DNA of 32,000 nt from Pyrolobus fumarii 1A (lineage in GTDB: Archaea > Thermoproteota > Thermoprotei_A > Sulfolobales > Pyrodictiaceae), in the NCBI RefSeq assembly GCF_000223395.1, contig NC_015931.1, positions 900,001-932,000 of the forward strand. The letters run 5' to 3'. The notes under the pieces are model-generated. The model was not told the origin of the DNA. It was given only the letters and a program-made list of their open reading frames with translations, and did not search any database. Shown here piece after piece: positions 7,580 through 14,555 of this stretch; positions within the stretch are counted from its first letter, which is position 1, and every line of letters starts with the position of its first letter. The translations under genes were made by a program, and so were the position numbers.

Positions 7580-9106
7580 TCAGCTTGCATATTTATACCT
7601 TACCCTGCTTAAGGTACGCGAAACCTCCCTAATCAGAAGGGATGGTGCGGCGCGGCCCTGCTCTCTCACGGCCTCCTCCCCGGCAACGCCAGTCACGTAT
7701 GCTGCGAGTTGGGCAGCAATCCATGGGTCCTTTATCTCTGCCAGTAGTCCCGCAGTGACACCGGCTAGTACGTCGCCCGTGCCGCCGGCAGACATGTCTG
7801 GTGTGCCGCTCCTATTGAGGCGGTAGTAGCCGCCAGGCTTGGCTACAACATCTATCCTACCCTTGAGTATCACAACGGCGCTCAGCTTGTCGGCCAAATG
7901 CTTGGCAGCTTCTATCCTCGCCTCGATATCCTCGTGCCCTATCCTCTTACCGAGGAGTAACGAAGCCTCACCAACGTGAGGAGTTAGTATAGCCTTGCCG
8001 TCGAGGCTCTCAATTCTATCCTGGGGCGTCGCATATTCGGTTAATGCCTTCAGACCATCGGCGTCCACGACAACAAGCTTGCCTAGCTCCAACGCCCTCT
8101 TTACGATAAGGCGGGATGCTATCCATGATTCGCGGTGCGCGCCTATACCAGGGCCGACCAGGATAACGTCTGCCAGCTGGATGCGATCCTCAAGTTCTCT
8201 CGCGTGATTCACGCGTAGTATGTCGCCTGGTAGAGGCACTGGGATTATCTCAGGTGACACAACCGTGTTAAACACCGGTTCTGGGGCGGCGAGGTATACG
8301 AGGTCGGCGCCGGCATAGAATGCGGAGAGTGCGGCTATCCAAGGTGCACCGTAGAACCATTTGCTACCACCGACTACCAGCACGCGCCCCGCCTCGCCTT
8401 TCCGGGCCCACTCTCTCCTGCGTGGCAAGAGCACTTCAAGATCGCCGGGTCCGATGTATAGCCAAGCATCGCGAGGCAAGCCAATGTTAGCCACTACAAT
8501 TTCGCCGGCATGGCGAGGTCCGTCATTCTGCTTAAGTCCCGCCTTTATACAGTGCATTGTGACAGTGATGTCCGCCTTTACGGCCGTACCTAGCACCTTG
8601 CCGGTATCGGGGTCTATGCCAGTTGGTATGTCAATAGCTACAACCTTGCGCCCAGAACGGTTTATCTCCTCAACGATCTCCCGGTATGGCCTCCTTAGCT
8701 CTCCTCTGACACCAGTACCAAGCATAGCGTCTACGATGACGTCAGCGTCTAGCCAGTCGCTATCAGCCCAACGCATGTAATCATAGTGGAGCTCGACTCC
8801 TGCCGCTTCAGCAGCTTTCAGAGCATCTAGCGTGTCCGGGTGGTGTATAGACTCGGGCCTAGACACCAGAAATACCCTGACATGCACACCAGCGGTAGAG
8901 AGGTGTCTAGCAGCTACTAGTCCGTCGCCAGCCTTGCCGCCTACACCAGCCACCACTGACACGGTACGAGGCTTGAACCGCTCCAGGATTATGCGTGCGA
9001 CAGTCGCACCAGCATTCTCCATCAAAAGCCGAGTCGGGACGCCAAGGTGTGCACTGTTAATCTCCCAGGCTCTCATCTCTCTCGTCGTGCAGATTGCTCC
9101 CAGCAT
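7580..9106 (-). CDS. nnr: Bifunctional NAD(P)H-hydrate repair enzyme (YjeF_N epimerase + ADP-dependent dehydratase)
   Basis: The N-terminal [24 protein letters not shown] is YjeF_N-like. The C-terminal carbohydrate-kinase-like half contains GTGDVLAG. I prefer the ATG at 9106 because it places LMENAG about 28 residues from the start. The ORF-track maximum is 9175. Confidence 0.8.
   Translation of the reverse strand: MLGAICTTREMRAWEINSAHLGVPTRLLMENAGATVARIILERFKPRTVSVVAGVGGKAGDGLVAARHLSTAGVHVRVFLVSRPESIHHPDTLDALKAAEAAGVELHYDYMRWADSDWLDADVIVDAMLGTGVRGELRRPYREIVEEINRSGRKVVAIDIPTGIDPDTGKVLGTAVKADITVTMHCIKAGLKQNDGPRHAGEIVVANIGLPRDAWLYIGPGDLEVLLPRRREWARKGEAGRVLVVGGSKWFYGAPWIAALSAFYAGADLVYLAAPEPVFNTVVSPEIIPVPLPGDILRVNHARELEDRIQLADVILVGPGIGAHRESWIASRLIVKRALELGKLVVVDADGLKALTEYATPQDRIESLDGKAILTPHVGEASLLLGKRIGHEDIEARIEAAKHLADKLSAVVILKGRIDVVAKPGGYYRLNRSGTPDMSAGGTGDVLAGVTAGLLAEIKDPWIAAQLAAYVTGVAGEEAVREQGRAAPSLLIREVSRTLSRVRYKYAS
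7590..7597 (-). promoter_or_regulatory. TATA box (TATAAATA on minus strand) for alba
   Basis: This strong TATA octamer lies 49-56 nt upstream of the alba ATG, inside the 3' end of nnr. It predicts a leader of roughly 25 nt that contains the SD sequence. Confidence 0.5.
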
Positions 9107-9890
9107 GGCAGGGCTTCCTCGCATGTATAACAGCTGCGCGTGAACCCGGTAGATGAACAGTCTCCTCAACCACAAACCCAGCGTCTCTCAACATCTCGTA
9201 TATCCTAGTTCTCCATGTTCTCTCGGCGCCCGCGAAGATGGAGAGCGTGCCACAGGGCTTCAGCACGCGCCAGAGATGGTGTATTACGCTGCGTGTATAG
9301 AGGCGTGGATTGCGGCGCGGATTAGGGCCACCATCATGTACTACATGGTCGAAGTACGTGTCTGGCAGCAAGGGGATTAGTCGCACCGCGTCTGCGAGTA
9401 GAACCAGCATATCCTGCTTCCAGAGAGCATCCTGGTATGCAGGTACAGGGTTAGCATAGAGAGCAATGGCTAGCATGACCGGGTCAACATCTATGCTCAT
9501 GTAGATTGTCGTCGATGTCGTGATGTGAATGGCGTACCTTGTCCTACCTATACCTGTGCCTATCTCCAGCACTCTTCCTCCTTGTTTAACCACCTCGGGC
9601 CATGCTATCACGGATCCCGCTAGCCCCATCCGGACGACGTCAAAGGGCTCATCCTCTGTGTCGCCTAGACCCCCGGTTACACTCCTAACGTACCTCGTTA
9701 GCTCGTGCCACGTCCATCTAGAGACCTTATAGTGGAGTGCGTCGAGGGCCTCTAGCCTAGATAGCTTGTCTGCTTTGCGAAACTTGCGTTGCCTCACTAG
9801 CTCTGGTATTATCTCGCCGCTCGCCACCAACCCGCGCCAATCCAAACTAATCACCCTGCACGGGGAACGGTGAGTATTGGCGAAGCTCAC
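9057..9890 (-). CDS. Class I SAM-dependent methyltransferase
   Basis: Motif I is GGRVLEIGTGIGRT, followed later by FDHVVHDGGPNP. The latter recalls the HDPP motif of a family of predicted archaeal methyltransferases. The start is uncertain: GTG at 9890, GTG at 9854 or TTG at 9845. It overlaps the nnr start and the rgy start. Confidence 0.65.
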   Translation of the reverse strand: MSFANTHRSPCRVISLDWRGLVASGEIIPELVRQRKFRKADKLSRLEALDALHYKVSRWTWHELTRYVRSVTGGLGDTEDEPFDVVRMGLAGSVIAWPEVVKQGGRVLEIGTGIGRTRYAIHITTSTTIYMSIDVDPVMLAIALYANPVPAYQDALWKQDMLVLLADAVRLIPLLPDTYFDHVVHDGGPNPRRNPRLYTRSVIHHLWRVLKPCGTLSIFAGAERTWRTRIYEMLRDAGFVVEETVHLPGSRAAVIHARKPCHAGSNLHDERDESLGD

Positions 9891-12800
9891 GCTACTCTAT
9901 GAGGCCGGGTGTCCCAACTGTCGGGGACGTATCGACGAAGAGAGGCTCATAAAGGGGCTGCCGTGTTGGGAGTGTCTCCCGCTTCTCCCTGAGGCTGAGA
10001 GATACCTGTCTGGGTTAGACTGGAGAGAGCGTGTACTTGCAGTTGCGAGGCTCCTCGAGGAGCATGGTAAGCTGGAGGGTTGGGCTTGGCTAGCAAGGGA
10101 GGAGGACGAACTCAGTATATTCGAGAGGTTCTTTGAGAGGGCTACCGGCTCACGGCCATGGAGTGTTCAGAGGCAGTGGGCTAGGAGGCTGCTAAGGAGA
10201 GAAAGCTTTGCCATCACGGCTCCCACGGGTACGGGCAAGACTACACTACTAGCAGTGTACGCTCTCTATTCTGCCGTAAATGGGAGCCGCGTCTACTACT
10301 TGCTACCTACGAGCAGCTTGGCGAAACAAGTTGCAGAGAGGCTCCAGCTGCTCGCCCATAATGCTGCAGTGCGCAAGAGGATAGTCTATTATCACAGTCT
10401 GTTGCGTGCAAGCGAGAAGCGTGCACAGCTAGAAGCGATAGAGAACGGCGAATACGACATACTAGTCACTACCACGGCGTTCCTCTCTAGACGCTGGGGG
10501 CTATTAGAGAGGACGATGTTCGACACGATAATAGTTGACGATGTTGACGCGATTCTGAGAGACTCTGTAAACGTTGAGAGAATATTGATGTTGCTTGGTG
10601 CCAAGCCGGACGAGATACGTGCTGCTACAAGGCTTGTCAAGCTCTCCCTGAGGGTGCGTGCTAACCCGGCTCTCGCGAGACGCTATGCTAGCGAGATAGA
10701 GGAGTTAAAGCGCGTGGTTAACGGCGTAGCGGGTAGGCTTGGTCAGCTAGTGGTAGCGTCTGCCACGGGTAGGGCGCGTGGCTTCAAGAGGTTGGTGCTG
10801 GGCAAGCTTCTCGGGCTTAGTGTCGGGAGTATAGCTGGGTATGCCAGGAACATCGCCGAGTATAAGCTCTTGGCTAGTAGCCCGGAAGACGCTATTGAGA
10901 AGCTCGTCGAGACCGTTGCTAAGATGGGGCCAGGCGGCCTGGTCTTCGTAGCCAAGCCGCTAGGTGTTGAAACAGCAAAGCTGGTCGTGAACAGGTTGGG
11001 TGAGAGGGGTGTCCGCGCGGGCCTGGCAATAGCGGGTAAGAGGGTTATCGAGAAGTTCGAGAGAGGCGAGTATGATGTTCTTGTCGGTGTGGCGAGCTAC
11101 TATGGAGTCATGGTGAGAGGCCTTGATATGCCGTATCGTGTAGCATACGCATTGTTCCTAGAGCCTCCCTTCAACCGCACGCCTATTGAGAAAGCGCTTC
11201 AAAGTCCACGCCGTATACTCGCGCTAGCAAAAGCCCTAGACGTTGAGGGTTACCGCGAGTATGCCAGAATACTATCCAAGATGACGCCGGACGAGGTGGA
11301 ACTCCTACGCGCGGTGCTGCAGGGTAGATTAGAGGCTGGCGGTAGGCTAGCAGAGGCCGCAGAGAAGGCACGCAGTCTAGCATCCGCGATACTTGAGAAA
11401 CTCCGTAGCGTCACAAGCGAAGTGCCAGCAGGATACTCGATACTAACAGTGTCGTCTAGCGGAGCTTATGTTGCAACACCCGACCCTTACACTTACATCC
11501 AGGCTAGTGGGCGCACATCGCGCCTTATAAAGGGGTATATGACGCGAGGCGTTGTCATAGTAGTCTCGAGTGCGCCCCTCCTCTTGGAGCGCTTCGAGGA
11601 TAGGTTAGCTAGGCTGTTAGCTGGTTTCGAACTACGCGAGTATAACGAGAAAGAGGTTCTAGAGGAGCTTGAAAAGGCGTGGGAGTCGAGAAGAGCGCCA
11701 GCAGTAAGCAGATCGGCTCTACGCATGAACATCGAGACTAGCCTTGTCATAGTGGAGTCGCCGACGAAAGCGCGTCTTATCGCTGGATTCTGGGGTAAGC
11801 CTGCTCGGAAAGAATACGATGGCGTGAATGTCTACGAGACGGTTGCATACAACCCCAAGAGCGGCAAGACACATGTGATGCTAATAGTGTCTGTAAAAGG
11901 TCACGTATACGATCTCACCGAGGAGCCTGTCGGCAAGCACGGAGTCATACTCGAAGGTAGTGACGTGAAGCCTGTCTACGCACCCATAGTGAGGTGTAGG
12001 GATTGTGGAGCACAACATGCCATCGTGGCTGAGCAATGTCCCGAGTGCAACTCGGTGAACATAGAGGATAAGAGGCGTATAATCGAACTGCTTAGAAAGT
12101 TAGCACCCCTGGTTGATACAGTCTATATCGCAACAGACCCTGACTACGAGGGTGAGAAGATAGCATGGGATATCTACACGCTGCTCAAACCATACGCCAA
12201 GAACATCAAGAGGATAGAGTTCCACGAAGTGACAAAGAAGGCTATCCTTGAGGCGCTTGCTAACCCACGTGATGTGAACAGGAGGCTTGTTGAAGCCCAG
12301 GTGGTTAGAAGGGTCGAAGATAGATGGATTGGTTTCGAGCTAAGCCAGCACCTGTGGAAAGTCTTCAACGCTAGATGGCTCGGTGCCGGTAGAGTCCAGA
12401 CGCCTGCTCTAGGCTTCCTTGTAGAGAGGCTCGAAGAGTGGAAGAAGGGTAGATGCTATGCATTGATCGCGCGTCTGCCGTGGGGTCGTGTAAAGCTATG
12501 CTATCCGGATAGCAGAACAGCTAGAGAGGCTCTACGCGAGGCGCTCGAGAAGGGAGTAGAGGTGGAGATACTAGAGGCTAATATCGTGAGCCTTACGCCA
12601 CCACCACCCTACACGACCGAGACGTTACTCTATGATGCATCTAGGCTGCTAGGGTACACCGCAGAGAAGACGATGCGCCTCGCGCAGGAACTCTTCGAGA
12701 ATGGTCTCATCACATACCATAGGACGGACTCAACGAGAGTAAGTGATGCCGGCATTGCAATCGCGAAGAGCTATATGCAGCGTCGTGGTCATGCAAAGCT

Positions 12801-13536
12801 TCTAATGCCTCGTCATTGGGGTGAAGGTGGTGCACATGAAGCCATAAGGCCTACAATGCCTCTGGATGCTGATGAGTTGAGAGATGCTATAGCGGAGGGT
12901 GAGGTTAGGATAGTTACACGTCTACGCGAGAGCCACTACAAGCTATACAGTTTGATATTCGCGAGGTTCATGGCAAGTCAGTCTATACCAGCGCGTGTAG
13001 AGAGAGTGCGTCTACGAGTAACAGTTGGGAATGTAAGTGTTGAAGATGTTGTTGCGAGAAAGGTGATTGAGGCGGGCTTCCTGACATTCTATCCACACGT
13101 GATCCCAGTGTACAATGTGCAAGAGGGTAGGGTCAAGCCGATGGGTGCACGTATAGTTAGGACGTCCACTGTTAGGCTCTACACTCACGGCGAACTTGTA
13201 ATGGAGATGAAGAGGAGTGGCATCGGGAGACCAAGCACGTATGCCAAGATAATAGAGGCGCTGAAGAGACACGGGTATGTAGTAGAGAGTAGATACCGCA
13301 AGTACCTAGTGCCAACCAGCATGGGTAGGAGGGTATACCAGTACCTCGTGACGGAGTTCAGGCCGCTAGTATCCCTCGAGCGGACGCGGCTAGTAGAGAG
13401 CTTGATGGATAGTGTGGCTAGTGGTGAAGCCGAGGCATGTAGAGTGCTCCTAGAGCTTCTCGAGGAGGTTGAGGGTATGGTTGCCAGGGTCGAGGCTGGG
13501 AGGGGTGCTGGCCTGGGCGAGAACCTAGCTGCTTAG
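9877..13536 (+). CDS. rgy: Reverse gyrase
   Basis: This 1219-aa protein has an N-terminal zinc finger (CPNCRGR...CWEC) and a helicase module with APTGTGKT and DDVD. A TOPRIM/topoisomerase IA module follows (IVESPTKA, TDPDYEGE, second zinc ribbon CRDC...CPEC, active-site region ITYHRTDS). Confidence 0.95.
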   Translation: MAKLTLLYEAGCPNCRGRIDEERLIKGLPCWECLPLLPEAERYLSGLDWRERVLAVARLLEEHGKLEGWAWLAREEDELSIFERFFERATGSRPWSVQRQWARRLLRRESFAITAPTGTGKTTLLAVYALYSAVNGSRVYYLLPTSSLAKQVAERLQLLAHNAAVRKRIVYYHSLLRASEKRAQLEAIENGEYDILVTTTAFLSRRWGLLERTMFDTIIVDDVDAILRDSVNVERILMLLGAKPDEIRAATRLVKLSLRVRANPALARRYASEIEELKRVVNGVAGRLGQLVVASATGRARGFKRLVLGKLLGLSVGSIAGYARNIAEYKLLASSPEDAIEKLVETVAKMGPGGLVFVAKPLGVETAKLVVNRLGERGVRAGLAIAGKRVIEKFERGEYDVLVGVASYYGVMVRGLDMPYRVAYALFLEPPFNRTPIEKALQSPRRILALAKALDVEGYREYARILSKMTPDEVELLRAVLQGRLEAGGRLAEAAEKARSLASAILEKLRSVTSEVPAGYSILTVSSSGAYVATPDPYTYIQASGRTSRLIKGYMTRGVVIVVSSAPLLLERFEDRLARLLAGFELREYNEKEVLEELEKAWESRRAPAVSRSALRMNIETSLVIVESPTKARLIAGFWGKPARKEYDGVNVYETVAYNPKSGKTHVMLIVSVKGHVYDLTEEPVGKHGVILEGSDVKPVYAPIVRCRDCGAQHAIVAEQCPECNSVNIEDKRRIIELLRKLAPLVDTVYIATDPDYEGEKIAWDIYTLLKPYAKNIKRIEFHEVTKKAILEALANPRDVNRRLVEAQVVRRVEDRWIGFELSQHLWKVFNARWLGAGRVQTPALGFLVERLEEWKKGRCYALIARLPWGRVKLCYPDSRTAREALREALEKGVEVEILEANIVSLTPPPPYTTETLLYDASRLLGYTAEKTMRLAQELFENGLITYHRTDSTRVSDAGIAIAKSYMQRRGHAKLLMPRHWGEGGAHEAIRPTMPLDADELRDAIAEGEVRIVTRLRESHYKLYSLIFARFMASQSIPARVERVRLRVTVGNVSVEDVVARKVIEAGFLTFYPHVIPVYNVQEGRVKPMGARIVRTSTVRLYTHGELVMEMKRSGIGRPSTYAKIIEALKRHGYVVESRYRKYLVPTSMGRRVYQYLVTEFRPLVSLERTRLVESLMDSVASGEAEACRVLLELLEEVEGMVARVEAGRGAGLGENLAA

Positions 13537-13802
13537 ATAGTGCGCCTCACGCGTATCTCTATATAGGATACAAGCCTGCCGCCGATGTTATCGCTGTCTA
13601 TGTTCACCGAGACTAGTTGTAAAGAGTCGCCCAGTTTACTCTTCAACGCGTTATAGACGTCTACAGCCTTGCTTATCATTTGTCCCCTGCCTTTTATAAC
13701 AACTTCATCTATACCCTCGTTAAACTTGAGTATAACCTCGAGCACGTAATCGGGGACGCTCTTCTTACCAATAACGACGACGTTATCGGCAGGCGCGGCC
13801 AC
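13533..13802 (-). CDS. Alba2 paralog (Sso10b2-like)
   Basis: NVVVIGKKSVPDYVLEVILKFNEGIDEVVIKGRGQMISKAVDVYNALKSKLGD closely resembles the Sulfolobus Alba2 sequence as I recall it. I prefer the GTG at 13802 (MAAPADNVVV...). The ORF-track TTG at 13838 is the alternative. Its stop codon shares bases with the rgy stop (TTAG). Confidence 0.85.
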   Translation of the reverse strand: MAAPADNVVVIGKKSVPDYVLEVILKFNEGIDEVVIKGRGQMISKAVDVYNALKSKLGDSLQLVSVNIDSDNIGGRLVSYIEIRVRRTI

Positions 13803-13843
13803 TCTCCTACACCCATAAAGTGCCAGCCGCAACCTCAAGGCTA

Positions 13844-14395
13844 TTAAGCACTGTGTTCGCCCTTAGCAACCTTCAGGAACCTCTCATAGAAGCTACTGAT
13901 GCACGTTTGCGCGGCATCCATTAGATGTATCGGGTTTACACCCGGGTATATCCACACGCAGAGACTAGGGGCTAGCTGTGTAACGTTCTGCTCCAAAGCC
14001 TCGCGTCGGCATAGCTTTAGCGTTAGCCTTCTCCCTCTAAGCTCGCCAAACACGGAATAATCGCTGTGTGCCTCGCACTTGTCAAGCAAGAGTATAGCTG
14101 ATGGCGTCTCGTCAACTTGCGCGAATGTACGGCGTAAGAGTGAAACTCTGACGCGTCTAGCCGCTCCGCTAGCCTTGAACTCTAGTGTTACGGAAGATGT
14201 ATACTTGTCCCATAAGCTCATGGCGAGAGGGAGCTTCTCGAACGGTACGCGGTGAAGTACTCTTCGAGTTTCCTCTTCATAATCGACCACTTCTATACGT
14301 GCATCTCGGAGAGCAGCTAGGAAGGATGTTAGGGAGGCTTCCGGCTTTATGCTAGCTACTGCGAGTACATACCAGTATAGTCGCGTCAACCCCAT
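13844..14395 (-). CDS. Hypothetical protein, 183 aa, upstream of Alba2 in the same operon
   Basis: This long ORF has no competing frame and I recognise no motif in it. Its stop lies 5-41 nt before the Alba2 start. Its ATG overlaps the D box of the upstream C/D sRNA (CUGAUG). Confidence 0.5.
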   Translation of the reverse strand: MGLTRLYWYVLAVASIKPEASLTSFLAALRDARIEVVDYEEETRRVLHRVPFEKLPLAMSLWDKYTSSVTLEFKASGAARRVRVSLLRRTFAQVDETPSAILLLDKCEAHSDYSVFGELRGRRLTLKLCRREALEQNVTQLAPSLCVWIYPGVNPIHLMDAAQTCISSFYERFLKVAKGEHSA

Positions 14396-14458
14396 CAGCC
14401 GGGGATAACCTCATCATGCAGAAGTCAAAATCAGCTTACCTCGATTACATCACGGGGG
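14390..14458 (-). ncRNA. Box C/D sRNA, double guide
   Basis: The minus strand reads CCCCC-GUGAUGU(C)-AAUCGAGGUAAG(12)-CUGA(D')-UUUUGACUUCUGC-AUGAUGA(C')-GGUUAUCCCCGG(12)-CUGA(D)-U-GGGG. Both guide spacers are exactly 12 nt. The CCCC/GGGG flanks can pair into a terminal stem. Confidence 0.7.
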
Positions 14459-14521
14459 CTCCGAAACACGAGCCCTCGTCACGGTGCTCAGCCGCTAGCC
14501 GTGGCGGTCTTCACAGCCCCC
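14454..14521 (-). ncRNA. C/D-like k-turn RNA with degenerate boxes, abutting the canonical sRNA
   Basis: The minus strand reads GGGGGC-U-GUGAAGA-CCGCCACGGCUAGCGG(16)-CUGA-GCACC-GUGACGA-GGGCUCGUGUUU(12)-CGGA-GCCCCC. It has a 6-bp terminal stem, a 3-nt bulge and tandem GA/GA positions as in a k-turn. By my hand count it is about 70% G+C, which is visibly richer than the flanks. The boxes are non-consensus and the first spacer is 16 nt, so confidence is low. Confidence 0.35.
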
Positions 14522-14544
14522 ATTTTCATGTGTTGCCAGGTTCC

Positions 14545-14553
14545 CTATTAAAC
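14545..14553 (-). promoter_or_regulatory. TATA box (GTTTAATAG on minus strand) for the sRNA unit
   Basis: The box lies just after the Lhr stop codon. Its centre is about 27 nt upstream of the first G of the GGGGGC stem at 14521, which is the spacing expected for an archaeal transcription start. Confidence 0.45.
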
Positions 14554-14555
14554 GC

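Noticed and set aside
14454-14521. Possible tRNA, because a 7-bp GGGGGCT/AGCCCCC closing stem resembles an acceptor stem.
   Set aside because: The element is only 68 nt, with no T-loop (GTTCRANYC) and no D-loop consensus on either strand, and no cloverleaf can be drawn. The k-turn / C/D-like reading on the minus strand explains the stem and adjacent GA motifs better.
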